A DNA stretch of 64,000 nucleotides, from the NCBI GenBank assembly GCA_044229845.1, contig JBGASG010000002.1, forward strand, positions 32,001-96,000. Direction: 5' to 3'. Below the pieces are notes generated by a model. It was not told where the DNA came from. It saw only the letters and a list, made by a program, of their open reading frames with translations, and made no database searches. Source of the DNA: Candidatus Obscuribacteraceae bacterium (GTDB taxonomy: Bacteria > Cyanobacteriota > Vampirovibrionia > Obscuribacterales > Obscuribacteraceae). Shown here one piece after another: positions 31,470 through 40,689 of this stretch. Numbering within the stretch: position 1 is the first letter of the stretch; every line of letters begins with the position of its first letter. The position numbers and the translations under genes are program-made.

Positions 31470-31594
31470 GTGTCTCTACGATTCTGGTCTACGATTCTGG
31501 ATACTAGCGAATCTGCGAAAAAATTACCTGATCAATCGTGTGGGCGAGACCTGCGCCTCGCCCGAACACTTTGATCAATGCTTCAGACCACGTT

Positions 31595-31834
31595 CTAGAC
31601 GTGCTGAGAGATGTACTTGACGGCTTCGCCGACTGTCGTGATCTTTTCGGCGTCTTCGTCAGGAATTTCCATTCCGAATTCTTCTTCGAGAGCCATCACG
31701 AGTTCGACGGTGTCGAGTGAGTCGGCGCCAAGGTCTTTGGTAAAGCTGGCTTCCATGGTCACTTCGTCAGCGTTCACGTTCAACTGTGCAACGGCAACCT
31801 TCTTTACTCTTTCGAAGGCTTCCTTCTCTTCCAT
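31595..31834 (-). CDS. acpP: Acyl carrier protein
   Basis: [28 protein letters not shown]. Confidence 0.98.
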   Translation of the reverse strand: MEEKEAFERVKKVAVAQLNVNADEVTMEASFTKDLGADSLDTVELVMALEEEFGMEIPDEDAEKITTVGEAVKYISQHV

Positions 31835-32136
31835 TTACAACCTCTCCTATCAGACTCTCAAAAACCGCTTGGAGCGACCTGTTTACGACTTCTCACTCAA
31901 GAGCCACTAAGGATATCACGGTGGTTGAAGGCGGCAATTGTCAGCGGGAGGTTATGCTAACCAAGTTTGCGGGAGATGCATTTCAGACTGTCTGTTGTGC
32001 GATGAGTTCGCCCTCTCGACTCGATGAGAATGCCTTAATCATCAAGAATCATCTGGTGGGGAGCCCGGATTGCTCCTTTGTGCAAATCAACAGTTTTGTT
32101 GATCTCAAGAGAAACAGAGTACGAGGAGAGGTTCCC

Positions 32137-32829
32137 TTAGTAATTCTGTCCGCTCGGCGGTTGCAGCCTCTGCGGCTGAGCACGAAGCTGAGCGACCAGC
32201 TGCGAAATCTGCGGGTCATACTTGATGTGGAGCGCCGCCTGAAACTCGCGTATCGCCGTTTCCTGGTCGCCTTCCGCGAGAAGTTGACGGGCGTAGGCTA
32301 CACGGTGGTCGAACGAACCGATGTCGATGCCTTTGTTGCGCAGGCGCACCGTCAGCACTTTGGTGGCGAGCTCGTTTTTCGGGTCCCATTCGAGAACGCC
32401 GTCGAGAATTTTGATCGCCGCGTCGTCTGAGATCTCGCGATTGGCCAGCTCAATCGAATAGTTGTCCTCGGCTTTGTGCAGGTCGGCGTCGTAGCCGAAT
32501 TTGATAATTGCCGATCGAATGATGCTCAGCGCGTCGGAATAATTCTTCTTCTCCGCCAGTTTTTTCGCGCGGTCGAGGTACATGTCTTCGAGCTTCTTCT
32601 GCGAACGCCAGTAGCCCTTGTCGCCGGGCGAAGGCCCCGCGCCGGGCTCGTTCGTCGGGCGTCCCATCAATGAAGCCGCCGCTGCGTCAATTTCGCTGAA
32701 GCCGGCGTTGTATTGCCGGTCCTTCTTTTTCGCCGATGCGTCCCCGCCGGCACTCAACGCGGAGATGGACACCGCAAGCAATGCGACCAGCAATTTAGTT
32801 CGTCGGATCAGCTTAGTTCGTCGCATCAT
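32137..32829 (-). CDS. Exported TPR-like hypothetical protein
   Basis: Signal peptide; TPR-like helices such as AYARQLLAEGDQETAIREFQAAL. Confidence 0.7.
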   Translation of the reverse strand: MMRRTKLIRRTKLLVALLAVSISALSAGGDASAKKKDRQYNAGFSEIDAAAASLMGRPTNEPGAGPSPGDKGYWRSQKKLEDMYLDRAKKLAEKKNYSDALSIIRSAIIKFGYDADLHKAEDNYSIELANREISDDAAIKILDGVLEWDPKNELATKVLTVRLRNKGIDIGSFDHRVAYARQLLAEGDQETAIREFQAALHIKYDPQISQLVAQLRAQPQRLQPPSGQNY

Positions 32830-32963
32830 ATCGGCTCCGAAATATTCGCCCAGGCAGCTGATTGCGCAGCCATCGACGCGCACAGATAGGAGGCGACAAC
32901 CGATGTCAAAATTCGAACCAATCTCACGACGCGGATAAAACCGATTTGAATACGCTATTAGAA

Positions 32964-33755
32964 CTAGGTGTAGAGCCCACCGCTGACTTCAATTACTTGA
33001 CCGCTGATGTAGGAGCCTGCGCCGGCAAGAAACACAACAGCGGCGGCGATGTCTTCAGGAGTTCCCATGCGACCCAGCGGAACACGCGATAAGATTGCGT
33101 TAATCACATCTTCGCTGAGCGCGCGCGTCATATCGGTGTCAATGAATCCGGGAGCGACTGCATTGCAAGTGATGCCGCGCTTTGCGTATTCGATGGCGAC
33201 CGTTTTGGTGAATCCGATCAATCCGGATTTGGCGGCGGCGTAGTTGGCTTGACCGGCGTTTCCGTGAACGCCCGACGTCGAACTTATATTGATAATTCTG
33301 CCGTGGCGATTTTTTGCCATTACCTTGACAACGGGCTGCGTGACTTTGAATGCGGAGGTCAGGTTGGTGTCGATGACGGCCTGCCATTTGTCTTCGGTCA
33401 TACGCATCAATAGATCGTCGCGGGTGATACCAGCATTGTTGACCAGGATGTCAATGCGTCCAAACTTCTCGACGACCGCAGCCACCATCTTGTCGATGCT
33501 CTCGGCCTGGGTGACGTTGCACGGAACGCCGATTACCTGCCCACCCTCGGCGGCCAGTTCTTTGGCGGTGTTGGCGGTGGTTTCTTCGTTGATGTCGGAG
33601 ATGACAATCTTGGCGCCTTCCTTCAAAAGCGCGTGCGCGATTGCTCTGCCGATGCCGCGTCCGGAGCCGGTAACAATCGCTACCTGGTCTTTCAGCGACT
33701 TGCGGATTTCATGTTGGTCTTTGGCTTCCGCGCGTGTTGCTTGTTCTGTCGTCAT
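32964..33755 (-). CDS. fabG: 3-oxoacyl-ACP reductase
   Basis: TGSGRGIG, NNAGITRD, GNAGQANYAAAK and PGFIDTDMT. Confidence 0.95.
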   Translation of the reverse strand: MTTEQATRAEAKDQHEIRKSLKDQVAIVTGSGRGIGRAIAHALLKEGAKIVISDINEETTANTAKELAAEGGQVIGVPCNVTQAESIDKMVAAVVEKFGRIDILVNNAGITRDDLLMRMTEDKWQAVIDTNLTSAFKVTQPVVKVMAKNRHGRIINISSTSGVHGNAGQANYAAAKSGLIGFTKTVAIEYAKRGITCNAVAPGFIDTDMTRALSEDVINAILSRVPLGRMGTPEDIAAAVVFLAGAGSYISGQVIEVSGGLYT

Positions 33756-34424
33756 CGCTTTTCCCTACATCTGATGAATGGAACGGTGGGCGGCAAGTAT
33801 AGCAATCGCGGCGCCCTCAAAGCCGCTTGCGCAGCCAATTGTACGCAGGGTTTTACACGCCAACGCCGCGCCGCACTCTATTTCGCATCGTCCACGCAGT
33901 TCGCTTGAGAACCAACACGCGAAAAACGTTGGTTTATCGCTGCGCGTGCTTTGAGGTTTCTCGCCTCGCGGGTTGTCATGAGGCTCGACGGCGAATGCGC
34001 GAAAAACGCATTTTCTTCGCGCGATGATTTGAATTGCAAGCAACAGGTGGTGCACCGCGCAGGCACCAGTCTGCAACTACCGGCAGATCGCTGCGCGCGC
34101 ACCATCGAAGACCCGCATTGCAAGCCTGAGTTCGCAAGTCGATCACAGAGCGCGCACATTGCACTGCAAGAAACCACACAGAAATGATCGCGTTGAAGAA
34201 ACAGAAAAAGACGCCGCAAAGCTGCAAAAAATGCGTTGCAACACAAAAACTGTTTTTGGGTGATACCAAATCCGGTGAAACGCGCATATGAAGCCATTTA
34301 TGCGATGCGTCTCATAACCACTTTGTATCGAAAAGTGTCGACTTATACCATAACCTGAGATACACTTAACAGCTTTTAGCCGCCTTCAGTGGGGTAATTA
34401 CGTATCCAAATCTCATATTTCTTA

Positions 34425-34453
34425 TCGACACTTCACCGTTTCTAAATTATGTT
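34425..34453 (+). promoter_or_regulatory. Possible sigma70 promoter upstream of the structured region
   Basis: TCGACA-17bp-TATGTT in an AT-rich context. Confidence 0.45.
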
Positions 34454-34459
34454 CTTGTC

Positions 34460-35060
34460 ATTGGTAGAGGGTACGAGCATGCAACCGATAAGCGGATTCC
34501 GAGTACAACTCGGCTGACTTATCGTGGGACAGTTCACATCTACAAGCAAGCCGTTCGCCACGTAGCAGGAGGTAGCGAGCGGAGATCTTAACGCAAGCCT
34601 CAGGAGGGCGCTGCGATAAGACTTGCTGACCAGGAACAGGAAGGCACACGTTCGAGCGCATAAACAGAGCAACAGACTATGGCGGTCTGTTCCTCTAACA
34701 CGGGTTGAAGTACATCGAGCAGTTGGCGCTCGTAACTTCACCGATTCGGTTCATGCCGGCACCGCCGGCAGTGCGACTGCATCGGGGTGCATCCGCACAC
34801 CCATCGTTCAAAACGAGTAAACAGGTCAGCTCGGATCACAATCACGTCCAATAAACGAATCAGAGAACCGATTGGCGTCGGTTCCTGTTCGTCCCTGGCG
34901 TGAAAAACATAAAACAACGGATCGGCAGTTCAGCACCGGTCGGTTATGTCCGCATGGAAACAATTTATCTCGATCGTTCGCGACGTAGCAGGAGGTAGCG
35001 AACGGGTTCTGCCGCGCGCTTGTCGAAGCGCACCGCACGCAACATCATCGGGAGTGGAAT
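34460..35060 (+). ncRNA. Putative ~600-nt structured RNA or 5' leader with repeated hairpins
   Basis: About ten hairpins. A 32-nt hairpin is duplicated with only structure-compatible changes. Three CAGGAG loops and three UGGC loops; no credible ORF. Confidence 0.6.
34551..35005 (+). repeat. Dispersed 32-nt hairpin repeat at 34551-34582 and 34974-35005
   Basis: YCGTTCGCSACGTAGCAGGAGGTAGCGARCGG; 29/32 identical by manual alignment. Confidence 0.92.
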
Positions 35061-35064
35061 CACT

Positions 35065-38000
35065 ATGGGCGATCGTGGATTTGAAGGCGTAGTCAGTAAT
35101 ATTGTTCAACAACAGCAAGCTGCTGTATTCGATGTTCCGACACTGTTCGGCAATGGACCGAAAAACATTCCACAAATCGACGCACAAGTGCTCGAGAATG
35201 TAGGTCACGATTCTGTTCTTCAAAGTATGGCCAATTATCGCGTGGCGAGATTGGCGATGGTAACTGCGGATGGCGTCCGCTACTTACCTCAAGGTTTTGC
35301 AAATGCAGTTGAATATAACTTAGACCATCCCGGTGAAATGGCTCTCAAGGTTGGCGTAGCCGCGGGACTGGGACTGGCTATGCGCGCCATCCTGCCGAAG
35401 GCAGGTGCCGCTAAGGCGTTGGCGGGGACAATTATGGGCGCGTTCTTTATAAAAGATGCTGCCAAGCCGATCGTTCAAGGTTGGGCTGATGTGTGGGACA
35501 ACAAGTCGCTCGCCAATCTCGATCGCGCCGGACAGCGCATGGGTGATGGACTCGGCATGTTCGCGTTCGACAGCGCGCTGACCTTACCGGTCGGCATGCT
35601 GGCCGACAAAGCCGCCGGCATGACGCTCACCAAGACGAGCTGGGGCCGCTCGTTCGAACTGGGCAAAGAAAACTTCTACAACTCCGACGCCAGTGCGGTC
35701 GGTCGCTTCTTCAACTGGAGCACCCGCACCGCCGACAACACCAGCACTTATCTCTCGCAGCGCTTGCTGGGCAATGCGCCGCACGAAACACTGACAATAG
35801 ATCAGAAACTGGCGCTGATCGCCGATGCACAGCGCTCACATCTCACCGATGCGCAAGCCGCTCGCGCCGGCACTATAGATGATGCGTTCAAAGCGCAACT
35901 GGAAACACAGCGCCGCTACCGCATGGACATGCCCGATACCATCGAAGGATTGATGGCGGATGTTCCGGTCGGCGAACAAGCAAAGTTTGGTCTGACAAAC
36001 AAGGGGTTGGAAACACGCACCGCAACGACAGCAACTCAACTGGCCGCTGCGGAACTGGAAGCTGGTCTGGTTGCAAAACCGGGGCAGATGGGGCAAGGGC
36101 AAGGATTGTCTCCGGCGCGCTTTGTTGATGAAGGCGCAGGAACCGGTGGTGCAGGCAGGGGCACCGAGACTACTGGGGGCGATGCTCCTGGCACCGGAAC
36201 TGGCGGCAAAGGCACGCCGGTAGACAAACCGCCCGTAGTGGCAGAGCCGCAAGCTCCGCCGCTGCCGACCGGACCGAAGGTGCCGCTGGATGTGCGCGAC
36301 GTCGGCAACATGGCATCAGCCGTACGCGAACGCGCCGGTCAAGTCACCGAATCCGACATGGCAATCGCCGATCTGCGTGAGGGCTGGCAGTCGTCGATGC
36401 GCGCCACCACCCTGGAACCACCAGGACCACCGAAGCTGCCGCTGCTCGATCGCGGTCACTTCGAAAACAACAAAAATCTCATCGAGTTGGCGGATCAAAT
36501 TCGCACTCCGGAGCAGGTTAAGGAAGCCGGTTTCCTCATGGAACACTTCCGCGTCGCCAACCAGCAACTCGTCTTGAACGAGAAGTTGCCTGAGATCGTC
36601 GATCTGAACAACTACTCGCGTTCAGTCCACAACAAATTGATGGAGCTGTTGGTCAAAAATGGCGTCAAGCCGGAAGAAGTTCTGCGCGGCACCAACTCTC
36701 CGATGTTCCTGATCTTCGATTCACGCGCCGCGGGTCCCTACACCATTCCGGCGATCAAAGGCGTCACCGACACACCGGTGGTGGTGCTCCCGCGCGAATA
36801 CCAGAACATGCTGGGCGTGCACGTGGCAGGCGTCTACCCGCACGAACTGGGACACGATCTTATATATGGCGACTTGCTGCGTTTTCCAGAAACCCTGCGC
36901 AATAAAGTGCTCACCGAAGACGTTGTCTCGGCCGGCATGAAACAAGCAGGCATCCCCGACGTTCCGGTGAACGTCCCCGGTCACGGACTGATGCAAAAGA
37001 GCGAACTCTTCGTGCGCTTGCTGCAAGCTCAAGCCAATGAAAACACAGCAGATTGGTTTGGCACGGCAATCGATCCGAATACTGGTTTGTCGCTGGCGGT
37101 GCTCCTCGGCTCTCTCCGCAAACCTCTACCCGGTGCGCCGGCGGGAGCCGCGGGAGCTTTAGAAACCCGCAGCATGTACGGCAGCGAGTTTGCCGATCCG
37201 ACCAATCCGCTCGGCATCGAGCCGCACGGAATCGACAGATGGCGTCTGAAATCGACGGCACAAGTGCTGCGCGAAATGAGCGGCGGCGACAAAGCGATTC
37301 TCGAGCGCGCCACCAACATGGATCGCCTCGCAGAACAGATGGCACGCCCTGGCGAAACATACGCCTGGGCTAACATGGACAAGCCGGGTGAATACTTCGC
37401 AATTCCTCAAAAAGAGTGGGACGCGATTATTCCGGCGATTGTCAAAGCGCAACTCGATACGCCGCTTGACGCACTGAACGGACGCACGCTGCGTCAGGTA
37501 TTCCCTGACATGCGGCAGACCTTCCCGCGCGTCGATGCGCTCGCGGATCAGATGGCGGCTGCGGCTCTGGAAGGACGTCCCACTGTGATGGGCACATTCG
37601 ACAAGTCGGCGCACCGCATCGAAGATGTGTTCTCGGCTGGTCTCTCTGCCTGGGCGAAAGCCATGGAGAAAAATCCGGCGGCCGGTGAAAAAGGACACAT
37701 TGCACCCGACCAACTGATTTCGAATATCAACGCGATTTCGGAAAGTCTGCGCGCCCAATATCGCGGCGACGCGCCAATGCCGATTCCCGGCTTGACCACT
37801 CCCGGCAAGGTGGACTTCGCGACTGCATTCAAGAGACCGTCGTACTTCGTTCAGCAATATCTCGGCAAGGCAGTGGAAGCGCAGCCGCAGATTCGCGAAA
37901 CGGTCGGAAACTGGGAACCCTTCTTCACTCGCTACGTGGGCACGCAACTGGGACTGGCATTCTCAGGTGAAGATCTGCGCCGGCAGCGGGCAGCTAAATT

Positions 38001-38082
38001 CGGGTTCACGATCGACGATCACAGTGCCACCATTACGCCGCCTCCGGGCAGCGAGACGCAACCAAAGCAACGCGGTAATTGA
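35065..38082 (+). CDS. Large toxin-like protein: N-terminal hydrophobic helices, Gly/Pro linker, zincin metallopeptidase domain
   Basis: ALKVGVAAGLGLAMRAILP..AGTIMGAFF; YPHELGHDL, ANENTADWFG and EPHGIDRWR. Confidence 0.78.
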   Translation: MGDRGFEGVVSNIVQQQQAAVFDVPTLFGNGPKNIPQIDAQVLENVGHDSVLQSMANYRVARLAMVTADGVRYLPQGFANAVEYNLDHPGEMALKVGVAAGLGLAMRAILPKAGAAKALAGTIMGAFFIKDAAKPIVQGWADVWDNKSLANLDRAGQRMGDGLGMFAFDSALTLPVGMLADKAAGMTLTKTSWGRSFELGKENFYNSDASAVGRFFNWSTRTADNTSTYLSQRLLGNAPHETLTIDQKLALIADAQRSHLTDAQAARAGTIDDAFKAQLETQRRYRMDMPDTIEGLMADVPVGEQAKFGLTNKGLETRTATTATQLAAAELEAGLVAKPGQMGQGQGLSPARFVDEGAGTGGAGRGTETTGGDAPGTGTGGKGTPVDKPPVVAEPQAPPLPTGPKVPLDVRDVGNMASAVRERAGQVTESDMAIADLREGWQSSMRATTLEPPGPPKLPLLDRGHFENNKNLIELADQIRTPEQVKEAGFLMEHFRVANQQLVLNEKLPEIVDLNNYSRSVHNKLMELLVKNGVKPEEVLRGTNSPMFLIFDSRAAGPYTIPAIKGVTDTPVVVLPREYQNMLGVHVAGVYPHELGHDLIYGDLLRFPETLRNKVLTEDVVSAGMKQAGIPDVPVNVPGHGLMQKSELFVRLLQAQANENTADWFGTAIDPNTGLSLAVLLGSLRKPLPGAPAGAAGALETRSMYGSEFADPTNPLGIEPHGIDRWRLKSTAQVLREMSGGDKAILERATNMDRLAEQMARPGETYAWANMDKPGEYFAIPQKEWDAIIPAIVKAQLDTPLDALNGRTLRQVFPDMRQTFPRVDALADQMAAAALEGRPTVMGTFDKSAHRIEDVFSAGLSAWAKAMEKNPAAGEKGHIAPDQLISNINAISESLRAQYRGDAPMPIPGLTTPGKVDFATAFKRPSYFVQQYLGKAVEAQPQIRETVGNWEPFFTRYVGTQLGLAFSGEDLRRQRAAKFGFTIDDHSATITPPPGSETQPKQRGN

Positions 38083-38456
38083 TCTGATCGAATGATTGGA
38101 TCCGCGAAATCAGTCAAAAAAGGAGGTGAGAATTTAGGAGACCCGTTCCAAGCGACGATGCAACTGCGCAATTCGAGCAGTTACAGCGATCAAAAAACCG
38201 TGCACCGCGCGAAACCGCACAGCACGTAGGACAGCCCAATTAACCCTGAAAGTCCGCGGGCTACGATTAATCGAATCAATTGATTCGCAAGGGGACAAAA
38301 AAGAGCGACACATCAAGTTGAGGGAGGTGGTGACTTAACGAATCAGGACTATGTATGACCGAGTTAAACCTTCAAATGTCCATGTACGAAACAGCTTAAA
38401 TTGCGAAATGCCTCCCCGGCAAAGTAGCACGACGACAACAAACCCAAGACAATTTG

Positions 38457-38465
38457 TTATCCACA
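38457..38465 (+). promoter_or_regulatory. Perfect DnaA box next to a TTGACA hexamer
   Basis: TTATCCACA at 38457; TTGACA at 38472. Confidence 0.4.
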
Positions 38466-38504
38466 TATAGGTTGACAGTGCGCATCGCACACTCCATGTG
38501 AGAA

Positions 38505-38700
38505 ACAAAATTTCAGCGGGGCCACTTGCGAAAAGGAAGGGCAGAGGAAAGACAAAGTGTTCTGCGGACTAGAGCGTTACAACTAATTTTCACGCTTCCT
38601 AGCATGCATGTGCACTTTGAAAAATAGCAAAGGAAGGCCCCGCAAACTTTTAGGCGGATGGGCAAGCACCGGGAGATCCCCCCGGTGCTTTCCTGCTTTT
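38505..38700 (+). ncRNA. Putative rod-shaped sRNA with central bubble (6S-like topology)
   Basis: Nested pairs GCGGGGCC/GGCCCCGC, TTGC/GCAA, CAAAGTGT/GCACTTTG, CTAG/CTAG and AGCGT/ACGCT, followed by a terminator. Confidence 0.4.
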
Positions 38701-38701
38701 T
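38664..38701 (+). terminator. Intrinsic terminator-like hairpin
   Basis: AAGCACCGGG/CCCGGTGCTT with a T-rich tail. Confidence 0.7.
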
Positions 38702-38833
38702 GCGTTTCTTCCCGCGGCGCTTTGCGTTTCTTCCCGCATGCCAACAGGTTCTGCATGCGCGACTGCTACAATCTAAGGAATGGATTGGTCGCTTGGCAAT
38801 CCAAATTTTTCAGCTCCGTCAACAGGTGGACAC

Positions 38834-39643
38834 ATGATCGGTCGCACAAAGATGCAGACGATGCGGGCACTGCTTGCAGCCTCTATGATTGCGGTTTGTC
38901 TGATTGCGGGCACGCAGCAAAATTGCGCCGCCGGTGACACGACCGGGGGCGGGGGCGGCGGTGGTGGCACGGCCGGTGGCGGAAAAATCTGGGGATCCTT
39001 TGGCGCGTTGTCGGGCAAATCTTCGCCGATCGCGCCGCCGAACGCGTCAGGCGGTCCCGGAAAAATCGTCACGAGCAGAGGGCAAAAATTCCAAATCTAC
39101 AATTTCGGGCGCTTCACGTCTATCGTTACCGCCATGACGTCAAACCCCAAGTTCGCTCAGAAAGACGCAGACCAAATGTATGGTTGGGCTGCGGACATAG
39201 CAAAACAGTTTCAACTGCCACTGGTACCACAGCCGAAGCGCGGTGGTCCGCAAGGAGATTCAAAGGCAGCCAAAGATTACTGGATGAAACAGCTGCAGGA
39301 GGCGGACCCGGTCCTGGAAGCTCGCTACGGTGCAACGGAGCGCTATATCTTCGATTTGAGCATGCACGCGCATTTGCTGCAGGTCATCTACGACCCCAAA
39401 GCTCCGAAGATTCCTTTGAATGAAGCACTCAACAATCCCAAGGCTAAGTTGTCGATGACGGAATCGCTGACGCTGGTGTTCAAAGTTCACGGCGCCGAGG
39501 CGATGCCCGAGCGCATCTGGAAGCCATTCATCGACGCGGTGGATCGGCGCGCTCCGTTCTCAGAAGTAAATAAGCGACTCCAGGAAATGGATGACCAGGT
39601 TGAGGCGTGGTTTCTGCCCAAAGGTCCGGCGCCACACAATTGA
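38834..39643 (+). CDS. Exported hypothetical protein with Gly-rich linker
   Basis: Signal-like hydrophobic N-terminus, poly-Gly, helical C-terminal domain. Confidence 0.7.
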   Translation: MIGRTKMQTMRALLAASMIAVCLIAGTQQNCAAGDTTGGGGGGGGTAGGGKIWGSFGALSGKSSPIAPPNASGGPGKIVTSRGQKFQIYNFGRFTSIVTAMTSNPKFAQKDADQMYGWAADIAKQFQLPLVPQPKRGGPQGDSKAAKDYWMKQLQEADPVLEARYGATERYIFDLSMHAHLLQVIYDPKAPKIPLNEALNNPKAKLSMTESLTLVFKVHGAEAMPERIWKPFIDAVDRRAPFSEVNKRLQEMDDQVEAWFLPKGPAPHN

Positions 39644-40473
39644 ACGACGCGCGAGATGACGAATGCAATGAGCAGCTCGCCATCGCCATCGGAGCTGCGA
39701 CTTTGAACGTGCGGCGCATCCCGGCTGGGGGCGCCGGCGCGCCAGCAACGATTGTGTTTTTGCATGACTCGCTGGGATGCATCAAGTTGTGGCGCGACTT
39801 CCCTGATCGATTGTGCGCGGTCACCGGATGCAGCGGGTTGATTTACGACCGCCAGGGTTACGGCGAGTCGAGCCCGTTCACCGAAGCACGCGGATTGGAT
39901 TATCTCGAGCGGGAGGGCGATGCCCTCGTCGAGTTGTTGCGCCGCGAGGGCGAGCAGCGCAAAATCATCTTGTTTGGACATAGCGATGGCGGATCGATCG
40001 CGTTGATTGCCGCGGCTAAGTTGGGAGCAAGCACTGCGCCCGCAGTCGTTGGCGTGATTACGGAAGGGGCACATGTGTTCGTCGAGGATATCACCCTCGA
40101 CGGCATCAGGGCGGCGGTCGCGGAAAAGGCGCAGCTGGTGCCGCGGATCCACAAATACCATGGCGAGAAGTCCGAAGCCGTTTTCGATGCTTGGGCCGGC
40201 ACGTGGTTGAAGCCGGAATTTCGCGATTTCAATATGGAACATTTCCTGCCTGCCATTTCGTGCGACGTATTGGTGATTCAAGGTGAAGTGGACGAGTATG
40301 GCACCGAAGCGCAAGTCGACGCAATCATTGCCGGCGTGAGCGGAGCCCGCAAACATAAGTTGATGGTGCCCGGCGTAGGGCACACACCCCACCGCGACGC
40401 AGCCGATTTTGTGCTGGAAGCGTGCACCGACTTCATCGCTTCCGCGTCCGCTCACGCGCCCTCCAATACATAG
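39607..40473 (+). CDS. Alpha/beta hydrolase (start possibly TTG 39640)
   Basis: VFLHDSLG, YDRQGYG.S, GHSDGG nucleophile elbow, QGEVDEYG and GHTPH. Confidence 0.92.
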   Translation: MVSAQRSGATQLNDARDDECNEQLAIAIGAATLNVRRIPAGGAGAPATIVFLHDSLGCIKLWRDFPDRLCAVTGCSGLIYDRQGYGESSPFTEARGLDYLEREGDALVELLRREGEQRKIILFGHSDGGSIALIAAAKLGASTAPAVVGVITEGAHVFVEDITLDGIRAAVAEKAQLVPRIHKYHGEKSEAVFDAWAGTWLKPEFRDFNMEHFLPAISCDVLVIQGEVDEYGTEAQVDAIIAGVSGARKHKLMVPGVGHTPHRDAADFVLEACTDFIASASAHAPSNT

Positions 40474-40496
40474 GTAGAAAAGCCTCTGCAGCGCCG

Positions 40497-40580
40497 AATT
40501 TCGGTTTACCGGAAATTTGAGCTTCAGAATTCCGGCATACCGGAAATTTCGCTGTCTGAAAATCCGGTTTACCGCAGCGC
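40497..40580. promoter_or_regulatory. Three phased palindromic operators (TTCCGG-N4-CCGGAA consensus)
   Basis: Copies start at 40497, 40528 and 40560, upstream of an XRE HTH gene. Confidence 0.65.
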
Positions 40581-40689
40581 CAAGCCAATAAAAGCACTGC
40601 TTGCCGTTAGGCGTTTCAAACTCGACCGGTGCAAAATTTGCCCGCAGCTTCGAGAGGACTCAGCAGCGGCGAAATCTGCAGGTTTCATC

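Noticed and set aside
33765..34320. Several 60-140-aa ORFs and A-tracts upstream of fabG
   Set aside because: The ORFs are Arg/Cys-rich with no RBS or motifs, and the A-tract spacing is too irregular to claim phased curvature.
34551..35005. Duplicated 32-nt repeat as a CRISPR array
   Set aside because: There are only two copies about 390 bp apart, no regular spacers and no cas genes in the window.
34460..35060. RNase P RNA, tmRNA, SRP, group II intron, c-di-GMP or glutamine riboswitch
   Set aside because: I could not find their diagnostic sequences, such as GAGGAAAGUCC, tRNA-like ends, the domain V hairpin or the GEMM motif. A covariance-model search is still needed.
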